Source: a virus
Taxonomy: Duplodnaviria > Caudoviricetes
Length of the DNA stretch: 24,038 nt
Virus record (IMG/VR): IMGVR_UViG_3300043178_000033
Span: 1-24,038 of that record
Direction: 5' to 3' (one strand)
This document shows, piece after piece, positions 1-7,485 of the stretch. A program made the translations under genes and the position numbers. Below the pieces are notes generated by a model. The model ran no database searches. It was not told the DNA's origin and saw nothing but the letters and a program-made list of their open reading frames with translations. Position 1 is the first letter of the stretch; each line of letters begins with the position of its first letter.

Positions 1-1
1 G

Positions 2-412
2 AGGGCCTACCCAACGCCTGAGGCCGCATGGGCGGCGTGCGACCGGGGCGACTGGATGTTGTGGGTTGCCGGGCGTCTGGCGGGTCCGCCGGGCGACGCA
101 TCGCGCCGACCGCTGGTCGCGGCATCCTGCGAATGCGACCGGCTGGCGCTGCACCTCGTCCCGAGAGGCGAGGAGAGGCCGAGACTCGCCAACGAGACGG
201 CCGAGGCGTGGGTCCGGGGAGAGGCTACGCTGGATCAGGTCCGCGCCGCCGCCACCGCCACCGCCGCCTACGCCACCGCCGCCTACGCCGCCACCGCCAC
301 CGCCGCCTACGCCACCGCCGCCTACGCCGCCACCGCCGCCGCCAGAGCCGCCACCTTGGGCCTCTGCGCCAATATCGTCCGACGGCATTATCCGGCGCCG
401 CCGAAGCTGTAG
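2..412 (+). CDS. 5'-truncated phage protein, Imm5-like with Ala-rich low-complexity tract
   Basis: Frame is open from the window edge (RAYPTPEAAWAACDRGDWMLW...); RGDWMLW and RPRLAxETAEAWVRGEAT followed by an Ala-rich tract resemble phage Imm5-like proteins. Confidence 0.65.
   Translation, partial: RAYPTPEAAWAACDRGDWMLWVAGRLAGPPGDASRRPLVAASCECDRLALHLVPRGEERPRLANETAEAWVRGEATLDQVRAAATATAAYATAAYAATATAAYATAAYAATAAARAATLGLCANIVRRHYPAPPKL
248..337 (+). repeat. 39-bp in-frame tandem repeat (~2.3 copies) encoding AATATAAYATAAY
   Basis: 248-286 and 287-325 are identical, with a partial third copy; built only from GCC/ACC/TAC codons. Confidence 0.9.
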
Positions 413-425
413 CCCGCCCCCCCAC

Positions 426-449
426 CGGCCCCCTCCCGCGAGGGGGCCG
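426..449 (+). terminator. GC-rich hairpin after stop codon (possible terminator, no U-tract)
   Basis: CGGCCCCCTC-ccgc-GAGGGGGCCG, perfect 10-bp stem, 13 nt after the TAG ending at 412. Confidence 0.5.
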
Positions 450-480
450 CACGAGGGGCGCCAGAAGGGTACTGAAATTC

Positions 481-536
481 TCTTGACTACCTGCCTTTCG
501 GTGCTATACTGAAAGTAGATGAGCTTTCAGGAGGTC
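481..536 (+). promoter_or_regulatory. Sigma70-type promoter plus leader plus RBS cassette, copy 1
   Basis: TTGACT (483-488), 16 bp, TATACT (505-510) with extended TG; inverted repeat CTGAAAG..CTTTCAG (509-530); AGGAGGT RBS. Near-duplicate at 6114-6172. Confidence 0.8.
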
Positions 537-538
537 AT

Positions 539-1672
539 GTGAACCTGAAACGCGAAGGGCTGGACCAATGGAAGGTCGGGATCGTCCGCGACCGGCTGGA
601 AAAGATCAACAGACGCGCCGAAAAGCTCGGAGTCAGACCCCTGAGCCTGTCTGTGGTCGAGCATCCCCTGACCGACGAAATCTCCGGCCGGGTGACGATC
701 ACGGCGGATGTGGCGGTGACGGGCGAGGTCCCAGCACTGCCCGGCTGGGAGCTGCTGGCGGTCGTCTCGACGCTGGAGGGCGGGGTAATCGTTCGGACCC
801 TCCCCGGCGTCGAGGGCGACTTCTCCTCGTTCCGAGCCGACGCTGCGACGTGCGATCATTGCGAGACGGTGCGCCGTCGGACGGATACTTTCCTCGTGCG
901 GCACGTCTCGGGCGGAATCAAGCGAGTCGGCCGTGATTGCCTCAAGGACTTCACCGGCCATGATCCGGCTGGAGTCCTTTTCTTCGCAGAACTGGCCGAT
1001 TCGTTGTTCGACGAGGATTTCGGGTTCGGGGGTGGGGGCGACGAAGCCTTCGACCTGAGGGTCTTCCTCGCTCACGCGGCGGCCGTCATCAACGACTTCG
1101 GATTCGTGTCAAACGCCAAGGTCCGCGATAATCCGTCTCTTCGCTCATCGTCCGACGCAGCCGTTGACCGGCTCACCAATCCTCGCCAATCCCGCCCGCT
1201 GACCGACCGTGACGCCAAACTGGCCGAAGAGACGCTCGAATACCTCAAGCGGCTGTCGGAGCGCCCCGAAGCCGGACTCTCAGACTTCGACCGGAACCTC
1301 GTGGCCGTCTTCAAGACCGGCTACGTTCAGCGTCGGACGTTCGGATTGGCGGCGGCGGCCGTCAATTCCCTCCAGCACGAAAAGGCCAAGGCGGCGGAAC
1401 TGGCCGGGATCAAGGACGAACATTTCGGGACGGTCGGGAAGCGCGAGACGTTCACCCTGGCCCTCAAGGCGGTTCGCCATTACGAGAGCCTGTATGGTCC
1501 GGGAGTCGTTCTGAAGTTCGCCGACCCCGAAGGCCGGGAAGCGGTCTGGTTCACGGGGCACGGTCTTGATTTTGACGTCGGCAAGACCTACACCGTCAAG
1601 GCAACGGTCAAGAGTCATGGTGATCGCAACGGACGGAAGCAAACGATTCTCTCTCGGGCCAAAGTTCTTTAG
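539..1672 (+). CDS. Conserved phage protein with CxxC/Zn-binding-like segment and C-terminal OB-fold-like domain
   Basis: 377 aa ORF; CDHC...RRR...VGRDCLKDF motif; C-terminal HFGTVGKRETF...KATVKSH...QTILSR beta-rich OB-like pattern; promoter and RBS upstream of the GTG start. Confidence 0.75.
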   Translation: MNLKREGLDQWKVGIVRDRLEKINRRAEKLGVRPLSLSVVEHPLTDEISGRVTITADVAVTGEVPALPGWELLAVVSTLEGGVIVRTLPGVEGDFSSFRADAATCDHCETVRRRTDTFLVRHVSGGIKRVGRDCLKDFTGHDPAGVLFFAELADSLFDEDFGFGGGGDEAFDLRVFLAHAAAVINDFGFVSNAKVRDNPSLRSSSDAAVDRLTNPRQSRPLTDRDAKLAEETLEYLKRLSERPEAGLSDFDRNLVAVFKTGYVQRRTFGLAAAAVNSLQHEKAKAAELAGIKDEHFGTVGKRETFTLALKAVRHYESLYGPGVVLKFADPEGREAVWFTGHGLDFDVGKTYTVKATVKSHGDRNGRKQTILSRAKVL

Positions 1673-1698
1673 ACTACCTCGGATCGAAGGAGGATAAA

Positions 1699-1938
1699 AT
1701 GGCGATGATGGTACGGTACGCGGTCAGTCCCTATCACGGGACGTGGGTTCGATTTTCCGTCCCGGAAGGAGCGGAGGACGAAGTGGGGCGAAGGCTGAGG
1801 AAGGCTTACGCTCGCGGACGGAATCCGCTGTGCGGGGCGCTACTGGGGACGCGCTGCCCCTGCAATCGAGAGTACCACGTCCAGAAGCGGGCGGGCCGTC
1901 ATACGATCCAGATTACCAGCAGTCCCGAACAGTTCTGA
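1699..1938 (+). CDS. Hypothetical protein (79 aa)
   Basis: AAGGAGG RBS upstream; fits tandem gene packing. Confidence 0.7.
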   Translation: MAMMVRYAVSPYHGTWVRFSVPEGAEDEVGRRLRKAYARGRNPLCGALLGTRCPCNREYHVQKRAGRHTIQITSSPEQF

Positions 1939-1953
1939 AAGGAGTCCGAAAGT

Positions 1954-2193
1954 ATGGGGTTCATCGTTGTAATTCCACGGTTCGGACGGAAGGACGATGT
2001 TGATTACATCGGCTCTCGGGCGGGTTGGAGTTGGGATTCTGAAGCCGGGAAGTTCTATCGGGATGGAACGTCGGTGACGCGAAGCTCTCCCGGAGTGACG
2101 AGGGATCGGGACAAGGCCATTGTCTTCAAGACGCACCGAGCAGCGGCCCGGCAAGCATCGAAGTTCCATGACGCCGAAGTCAAGGAGATCTGA
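1954..2193 (+). CDS. Hypothetical protein (79 aa)
   Basis: AAAGGAG RBS upstream; follows the previous ORF closely. Confidence 0.7.
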   Translation: MGFIVVIPRFGRKDDVDYIGSRAGWSWDSEAGKFYRDGTSVTRSSPGVTRDRDKAIVFKTHRAAARQASKFHDAEVKEI

Positions 2194-2288
2194 AGTGGCT
2201 TACACGCTGGCGCTTGTCGAACCTCGTCATGTTTCTTCTCGGCCGCAACGAACTTGAGGGCACGCTTGAGGGGGAGGTTTAATTCTCC

Positions 2289-2366
2289 ATGAAACAGGGT
2301 AGACCAATGAAGAGAGAGTCCGAACGCTTCTGGAAACGGGCGGACAGCAGGGCGAAAGTTTCTTAG
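2289..2366 (+). pseudogene. Possible N-terminal stub of an HNH-type endonuclease
   Basis: GGGGAGGT RBS then MKQGRPMKRESERFWKRADSRAKVS*, similar to the GRP...ERFWxKVD starts of phage HNH endonucleases; no HNH core follows. Confidence 0.25.
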
Positions 2367-2372
2367 AATATC

Positions 2373-2401
2373 TTGAACCGTCGAAGGGAAGAAGCTAGGC
2401 T
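2373..2401 (+). promoter_or_regulatory. Putative sigma70-type promoter
   Basis: TTGAAC-17 bp-TAGGCT in an intergenic gap; same -10 hexamer as the promoter at 6846-6874. Confidence 0.45.
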
Positions 2402-2483
2402 TCGGCGCGAACAAAGGAACGGAATGAATCGTCTCGGCGTCAGGATTGGATCAGATTGCTGAAATTGCGGTAGAGACCGGGCC

Positions 2484-2822
2484 ATGATCTACCTGCTGTC
2501 GAGGCTGCTGGGACTTGGGATCTACGAGCGACGCGGAGGCTGGCCGGAATCCGCTGCCCAACGGTGGGCGGTAATGCTCGCCATCGCGCTATTCTCAGGC
2601 TGCGGATCGGAGGAGGCCCCTGCTCTAGTGCCGAGCGCGGGTCATATCTCCAGATCCGAGTTTCACGGAGAGGAGGGCGTGGTGGCTTCAGATTTTGTGG
2701 TAGTGCTGCGGACGGTCGAGCACGACGATCACCGCTGGGTGATCGCGACGACCAGTCAGGGTATCAGTGCATTGCATCATCCGGATTGTCCGAGATGCGA
2801 GCCGAAGGAGGCCAAGCCGTGA
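2484..2822 (+). CDS. Putative lipoprotein/membrane protein
   Basis: Hydrophobic stretch ending in a lipobox-like LFSG-C; C-terminal HHPDCPRC; ends in the KEAKP* coupling module. Start uncertain. Confidence 0.6.
   Translation: MIYLLSRLLGLGIYERRGGWPESAAQRWAVMLAIALFSGCGSEEAPALVPSAGHISRSEFHGEEGVVASDFVVVLRTVEHDDHRWVIATTSQGISALHHPDCPRCEPKEAKP
2805..2822 (+). repeat. 18-bp gene-junction module, copy 1 (AAGGAGGCCAAGCCGTGA)
   Basis: RBS plus overlapping GTGA start/stop; repeated at 3029 and 3298. Confidence 0.9.
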
Positions 2823-3046
2823 CGGAGATCGAGCAGGCCGCGCTGCGCTGGATCGGGAGCGGACCCCGTACATGCTCGGAGCTAGGAAGTTTGCTGTGGG
2901 GCAGGATGTCACGGACGCCACAAAGTTACGCTCGCCCCGCCGGAAGGTTGCTTTATCGTCTGCTGAGGCGTGGCCTCGTGGTGAGATACTATCGTGAGCC
3001 GCATTTCGTCTGGGCGCTCGCCCGGCGCAAGGAGGCCAAGTCGTGA
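2819..3046 (+). CDS. Small winged-helix-like protein (75 aa)
   Basis: GTG overlapping the upstream TGA, with AAGGAGG RBS; ALRWIGSGPRTCSELGSLLW...LLYRLLRRGLVVR resembles a wHTH. Confidence 0.6.
   Translation: MTEIEQAALRWIGSGPRTCSELGSLLWGRMSRTPQSYARPAGRLLYRLLRRGLVVRYYREPHFVWALARRKEAKS
3029..3046 (+). repeat. 18-bp gene-junction module, copy 2 (AAGGAGGCCAAGTCGTGA)
   Basis: 17/18 identical to copy 1. Confidence 0.9.
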
Positions 3047-3315
3047 CCAGAGAAGAGAAGATAGCCAACTACCAGAGCATCGTTGGACAGGTCACGCTTG
3101 TCGCAGAGCATCTAGCTGAACTGGACCTGCCGAGCATATTGCGTGACATCGAGCGGGCCGAGACGCTAGGACCGTTCCTTGACCCGACGCTGGCTCGTCA
3201 GAAGTGGCAAGCGATGATGGAGGATAAAGAGCTGCTGGAGGCTGCGCTGCCTCTGAGCGAAATGGGCTTACGGGTAAAAGACGAACTCCAGCGTCGCAAG
3301 GAGGCCAAGCCGTGA
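3043..3315 (+). CDS. Hypothetical protein (90 aa)
   Basis: Coupled GTG start with RBS; helical sequence; ends KEAKP*. Confidence 0.7.
   Translation: MTREEKIANYQSIVGQVTLVAEHLAELDLPSILRDIERAETLGPFLDPTLARQKWQAMMEDKELLEAALPLSEMGLRVKDELQRRKEAKP
3298..3315 (+). repeat. 18-bp gene-junction module, copy 3 (AAGGAGGCCAAGCCGTGA)
   Basis: Identical to copy 1; opens a 16-aa ORF at 3312-3362 (MKRKKRIVLWAAVCAG*). Confidence 0.9.
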
Positions 3316-3445
3316 AGCGCAAAAAGCGCATCGTCCTGTGGGCTGCGGTATGTGCGGGTTGAGACATTCAAGCTCGTGATCGCGCCGATCACGAGTCCAT
3401 TGATAGGCGTTTTTCTTTCAGAATTCCGAAGAAAAGGAGGCCGTG

Positions 3446-3640
3446 ATGAAGTGCAAGTTCAGGAAGTGCAAAGGCCCGGTCTATTCGAGGGGACTCTGCC
3501 GCGTGGATTACAACGCGGTCCAGTACCTCATTCGCCACGGCAAGACGACGTGGGCCGAACTCGTCAAGAAGGGTCTGGCCCTTCCGCCGGTCAAGCCCGG
3601 AAGGAAGCCGGGGAAGATCGCCAAGGCGCTCGGGCGATGA
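3446..3640 (+). CDS. Small Cys-containing (Zn-finger-like) protein
   Basis: AAGGAGG RBS; CxxxxC...RGLCxxxY...GKTTWAELVKKGLA. Start is GTG 3443 or ATG 3446. Confidence 0.7.
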   Translation: MKCKFRKCKGPVYSRGLCRVDYNAVQYLIRHGKTTWAELVKKGLALPPVKPGRKPGKIAKALGR

Positions 3641-3951
3641 AGCTCTACACCGGCTACAGGACAGTTGACGGCTGCGTTGTGCTGGTAGACGGCCATCCGC
3701 TCGACCCGAGGTTGGATGTGATGAGTCATTCGCCTACAGGATTCGAATGGGGGTATCTCGGGAGCGGTCCGTCGCAACTGGCGCTGGCGATACTTCTCGA
3801 TCATTTCGGAGGGAAAGGGAAGCAGCGGGCGACTGAACTTTACGGCACATTCCTTCATCGGGTCGTGTCAAACTTCGCTCGCCGTGGCTTTGCTATCGAC
3901 TCGAAACAGATCGAGCTTTGGATCAAGAAGATCGAGGACGAACGGGCGTGA
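3637..3951 (+). CDS. DUF6166-like protein
   Basis: HSPTGFEWGYLGSGPSQLALAIL signature; ATG 3637 overlaps the upstream TGA (ATGA). Confidence 0.8.
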   Translation: MKLYTGYRTVDGCVVLVDGHPLDPRLDVMSHSPTGFEWGYLGSGPSQLALAILLDHFGGKGKQRATELYGTFLHRVVSNFARRGFAIDSKQIELWIKKIEDERA

Positions 3952-4043
3952 AGCAATTCGTCTTATTGCTCTGGCGGCTGCCGTGGGAAATCCTGAGACT
4001 CGGTTATTCGAGACAGTTCGCTTATTGGAGGCTGTTTCGGTGA
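3948..4043 (+). CDS. 31-aa translationally coupled micro-ORF
   Basis: MKQFVLLLWRLPWEILRLGYSRQFAYWRLFR*; GTGA overlaps at both ends exactly bridge the flanking genes. Confidence 0.5.
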   Translation: MKQFVLLLWRLPWEILRLGYSRQFAYWRLFR

Positions 4044-4459
4044 GGCGGCGCTATGCAACGGGGGCCCAGCTGGACCGACATCGGGCGATCCGGGCGAAGC
4101 TCGCCGGACTGCTCGGGGCAAAACCGATGCGGCTTCCCGGCCGTGTCAATTCGGCTTTCAAAAATAACGAAGGAGAGACGGTTGCTTTCGCGGACGTTCG
4201 ATCCCGCAGTCAAGCGTATTATGAGATCATGGTCGATGCGCGGACTTGGGAAGCCCTTCAAGAGTTTTCGTTAACCGGCGTCCCTACGTTCGTGATCGTC
4301 GAGATTCCGACCGGGATCTACGGGCTGGATGTGAAAGGGATTCGACCGAGGTTCGGGATCGGAGGCCGGGCGGATCGGGGCGACCCTTCGGACCGCGAGC
4401 GGTGCGCTTATCTGCCCTTCCATCTTTTCGAGAGATTGACCGATGGCCTCGGAGATTGA
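4040..4459 (+). CDS. PD-(D/E)XK-like phage nuclease-fold protein, possibly degenerate
   Basis: GGAGG RBS and GTG 4040; VAFADVRSR...GVPTFVIV...GGRADRGDPSDRE resembles a phage PD-(D/E)XK family, but the ExK motif reads DVR. Confidence 0.5.
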   Translation: MRRRYATGAQLDRHRAIRAKLAGLLGAKPMRLPGRVNSAFKNNEGETVAFADVRSRSQAYYEIMVDARTWEALQEFSLTGVPTFVIVEIPTGIYGLDVKGIRPRFGIGGRADRGDPSDRERCAYLPFHLFERLTDGLGD

Positions 4460-5906
4460 TCTGCTCCAAGGCGATTGTCTCGAACTCTTGAGGGAGTTTC
4501 CAGAAAACTTCTTCGATTCGTGCGTTACCGATCCTCCCTACGAGCTTGCATTCATGGGCCGATCTTGGGATACCCAAGGTATCTCCTTCAGGCCGGAGAC
4601 CTGGAAGACGATTCTTCGAGTCCTGAAGCCCGGCGCTCACTTGCTCGCGTTTGGCGGTTCCCGGACATTTCACCGGATCGCCTGCGCGATTGAGGACGCC
4701 GGATTTGAGTTGAGGGACAATCTGTGCTGGCTTTTTGGGTCAGGATTTCCGAAATCTATGGACGTGAGCCGCGCAATCGACCGGGAGGCGGGGGCGACTA
4801 GACGAATTCTCGGGCCGAAGATTCACGGTGACGGGAAACTGGCTCATGCCGTGAAGGCAAGTAAGAGCAAAAGCCTGTCCGGGCCAACAGTCCACCCAAT
4901 GATGTCGGAACCAGCTACCGACGCGGCGCGGAAATGGAGCGGATGGGGCACAGCTTTGAAACCAGCATACGAGCCGGTCCTGCTCACCCGTAAACCAATC
5001 TCTGAAAAAACCATCGCGGCGAATGTCCTGAAGTGGGGAACCGGCGGAATCAATATCGACGGGTGCAGAATCTACGCGCCGGGTGGAAGTCCGGCGGTCC
5101 AACGGCGAAAGTACACGGTCCGACCCAACCCACGAACGGCCGCCGAATCCAACGCCATCGGAAGGATCGAACGACGCGGCGATCCTGAGAAGGTGATGAT
5201 CCCGAGACCGTCCGAATCCGTCGGACGCTTTCCGGCCAATCTCTTGCTATCTCATTCGCCTGATTGCCGGGAGATTGGCACGAAGAGGGTGAAAGGTTCG
5301 GGCAGCAAGCCATCGAGCGTAGGCAGAGGCAGGAACGGAAATTTCTCGAAAGGAATCTACGGAGCCAAGGCGTCGAAAGTTACAATTTCTCACGTCGCTC
5401 AGGACGGAACCGAAATCGTGACGGCGTGGGCTTGTGTCGATGGGTGTCCAGTACAGGAGTTGGACTGGCAAAGTGGCGAAGTGGGCGCGTTTTCGCCCGT
5501 AACAGGGCGGGAGCCGACAGCCTCGGGATTTTCCGGGGCCGTCTATGGGTATGGCGGTGTCAAGCGTTCAGCGCGGGCTCCGTTCTATGAAGATTCTGGT
5601 GGGGCTTCGCGCTTTTTCTACTGTACAAAAGCGTCGAGGCGGGAAAGAAACGGCGGAATGAAGCCCGGCGAAAGAGGCGGGGGCCGGGTGAGAGTTGAGG
5701 ATTTCAACATCCACCCAACCGTGAAGCCCCTCAAACTCATGCGCTACCTCGCCCGACTGGTGACGCCCCCCGGCGGCGTAGTACTGGACCCGTTCGCCGG
5801 AAGCGGAACTACAGGACTCGCGGCTAGGGCCGAAGGATTCGAGTCGGTCCTAATTGAGCGTGAGGCCGAATACTGCCGGATTATCGAGCGGCGCTGTGGG
5901 CTCTAG
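4443..5906 (+). CDS. DNA methyltransferase, N6-adenine/N4-cytosine, beta class
   Basis: GDCLELL...DSCVTDPPY (motif IV) at the N-terminus; HPTVKP and VLDPFAGSGTT (motif I) at the C-terminus. Confidence 0.95.
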   Translation: MASEIDLLQGDCLELLREFPENFFDSCVTDPPYELAFMGRSWDTQGISFRPETWKTILRVLKPGAHLLAFGGSRTFHRIACAIEDAGFELRDNLCWLFGSGFPKSMDVSRAIDREAGATRRILGPKIHGDGKLAHAVKASKSKSLSGPTVHPMMSEPATDAARKWSGWGTALKPAYEPVLLTRKPISEKTIAANVLKWGTGGINIDGCRIYAPGGSPAVQRRKYTVRPNPRTAAESNAIGRIERRGDPEKVMIPRPSESVGRFPANLLLSHSPDCREIGTKRVKGSGSKPSSVGRGRNGNFSKGIYGAKASKVTISHVAQDGTEIVTAWACVDGCPVQELDWQSGEVGAFSPVTGREPTASGFSGAVYGYGGVKRSARAPFYEDSGGASRFFYCTKASRRERNGGMKPGERGGGRVRVEDFNIHPTVKPLKLMRYLARLVTPPGGVVLDPFAGSGTTGLAARAEGFESVLIEREAEYCRIIERRCGL

Positions 5907-6108
5907 GTCTTCTTGGCGACTCGTCGGGGAGTTCAGGTGCGGAATCTGTGGCGCTAGAACGGCCGCCTTTCGTCGTGGGCGACGGATCGAAGGCCGTGGG
6001 CTTCGGCACCTAGAGACTTGCTCCGGCTACCAAGACCACTTCAGATACGGGGAACGGTGGAAGCCTTCGGTCCCGATTGAGTTCAGGCCCTTGCAGGAAT
6101 TATCTTGA
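5896..6108 (+). CDS. Small hypothetical protein with CxxC...HxxxC
   Basis: FRCGICG...RHLETC; overlaps the MTase stop; start uncertain. Confidence 0.45.
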   Translation: MGSRSSWRLVGEFRCGICGARTAAFRRGRRIEGRGLRHLETCSGYQDHFRYGERWKPSVPIEFRPLQELS

Positions 6109-6113
6109 GATTG

Positions 6114-6172
6114 TCTTGACTTTCCCGCCTCCTGTGCTACCATGAGGGTAGATGAATACTTTCAAGGAGGTC
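6114..6172 (+). promoter_or_regulatory. Sigma70-type promoter plus leader plus RBS cassette, copy 2
   Basis: TTGACT (6116-6121), 16 bp, TACCAT (6138-6143) with extended TG; shares the GTAGATGA, CTTTCA and GGAGGTC blocks with 481-536. Confidence 0.8.
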
Positions 6173-6175
6173 GGA

Positions 6176-6778
6176 ATGAATCGCTGGCCTAAGTTTGAGG
6201 AGACGCTGGCCGAGTTCAAGGGCGAGATCGTCGCCAAGACCGGGGCGTATTTCGTGGGGCTCGAAGAGCGGCCGGAGCATCCTGAGAGGTCCTATTTCGT
6301 CTGGAAACAGACCCTCCGGGGGCGTCCGGACTTCGCCTCGACCAAGAGCCGCGAACAGGCCGACAGGATCGCCCGGTTTTGGATCGAGGATCTCGCCAAG
6401 CGCGAGGCGGTGAAGGCGGCCCGTGCCAACGAGCGGAAGGCCCGCCGCGAGGCCCTCAAGGCCAAGGGCCACAACGTCAAGATCGGTGACGTGTTCGTTT
6501 GGTCTTGGGGCTACGAACAGACGAATATCGACTTCTATGAGGTCGTGGAGGTCAAGGGCTGGACCGCGACGATTCGCAAGATCGCCGAGCGTGGCTTGGC
6601 CTCCGAAGGCTGCGGCCCATTCTCTGGGCGAGTGACGGCCGAGAGGGGCCGGTTCATTGGGGAGCCCGAGAAGAAGATCATCCGGCTGACGAACTCCGGC
6701 GAGCCCTACCTCTCTAAAGAGTTCGGCTGGTGCGGACTCTGGAACGGCGAGCCGAAGTATTGCTCTTGGGGACACTAA
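6176..6778 (+). CDS. Conserved phage hypothetical protein (SWGYEQTNIDFY family)
   Basis: IGDVFVWSWGYEQTNIDFYEVV motif typical of mobile-element proteins; AAGGAGG before ATG 6176; has its own promoter and terminator. Confidence 0.8.
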   Translation: MNRWPKFEETLAEFKGEIVAKTGAYFVGLEERPEHPERSYFVWKQTLRGRPDFASTKSREQADRIARFWIEDLAKREAVKAARANERKARREALKAKGHNVKIGDVFVWSWGYEQTNIDFYEVVEVKGWTATIRKIAERGLASEGCGPFSGRVTAERGRFIGEPEKKIIRLTNSGEPYLSKEFGWCGLWNGEPKYCSWGH

Positions 6779-6800
6779 GACACGAATCCCTCTCTCCCGG

Positions 6801-6839
6801 AGGGCGGAAGGTTGACGGCCTTCCGCCCTTATTTTTTTT
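6801..6839 (+). terminator. Rho-independent terminator
   Basis: AGGGCGGAAGG / CCTTCCGCCCT 11-bp stem followed by TATTTTTTTT. Confidence 0.92.
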
Positions 6840-6845
6840 GGAGGC

Positions 6846-6874
6846 TTGACACCGGCCTTGCCGAAGTCTAGGCT
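6846..6874 (+). promoter_or_regulatory. Sigma70-type promoter, probably giving a leaderless transcript
   Basis: TTGACA-17 bp-TAGGCT; ATG 6883 lies 8 nt after the -10 and has no SD. Confidence 0.7.
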
Positions 6875-6882
6875 CCCCGGTC

Positions 6883-7485
6883 ATGGAAGGCGAGGAGCTT
6901 TCCGTTCTGGTCGGTGATCCGACCCCGGAGAGAGTAGACCGAATCCTGAAGATCGCCTTGGGGGATCTCCCCGTCGCCCTCCGAACCGCCGGAGTTTTCA
7001 ACGGGCATTCCGAGGCCGTTGGCTCACGAGTACTTGAAGCAATCTGGAGGTTGTGGATTCCCGAGGCGCGAAGGCGCTTGGCGTCCGGAAGTTGGACGCC
7101 GGAATGTCTGAGGTCCAAGCTCCGAACGGCCCTGATTCAGTACGCCCGCACGAAACGCATAGACGAGCAACGCTCCGAACTCTCCCTTCGCTCCGCTCTT
7201 GACCGGCTCAAACGAACGCCTCCGACGAACGACGAAAGTTTGGCCGAACCCGATTGGGGAGTCACCAGAGACGAGGCCCGAGTCATCCGCAAGATTCGAC
7301 ACAACAAGGCGGTGCGGAAAATGCTCAAGAACCCAGACCGGAAGCTCTTGAAGCGTGGGGTCCAGACGATCTTGCTCTTGTTTCGGGCAACCGATGGCCG
7401 GGCGTTCCGGCCGGGGGTCTTCAGGAAGAAGTGTTCGCCCGGGAGGTTTCTCTGTACCTTGCTGGAGACGTGGGCCGGTGAATGA
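6883..7485 (+). CDS. Putative divergent ECF-sigma-like / late transcription regulator
   Basis: EAVGSRVLEAIWRLW (region 2.2-like), LRTALIQYARTKRIDEQR (2.4-like), VTRDEARVIR (4.1-like); directly upstream of terminase. ORF is solid, function is inferred. Confidence 0.45.
   Translation: MEGEELSVLVGDPTPERVDRILKIALGDLPVALRTAGVFNGHSEAVGSRVLEAIWRLWIPEARRRLASGSWTPECLRSKLRTALIQYARTKRIDEQRSELSLRSALDRLKRTPPTNDESLAEPDWGVTRDEARVIRKIRHNKAVRKMLKNPDRKLLKRGVQTILLLFRATDGRAFRPGVFRKKCSPGRFLCTLLETWAGE

Noticed and set aside
2-412. Diversity-generating retroelement template or variable repeat in the Ala-rich gene
   Set aside because: No reverse transcriptase and no second copy differing only at adenines within the window; cannot be excluded beyond the left edge.
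28-512. Poly-Pro and poly-Arg ORFs (66-512, 28-486, 225-452)
   Set aside because: Alternative frames of the GCC-rich repeat.
3400-3424. Promoter TTGATA...CAGAAT
   Set aside because: The spacer is only 13 bp.
3352-4039. Upstream starts of ORF-track calls 3352-3951 and 3884-4459
   Set aside because: RBS positions and ATGA/GTGA overlaps support starts at 3637 and 4040; the extensions overlap other genes.
4040-5906. Functional type II restriction-modification system
   Set aside because: Catalytic residues of the nuclease-like ORF look degenerate, and orphan MTases of this class are common in phages.
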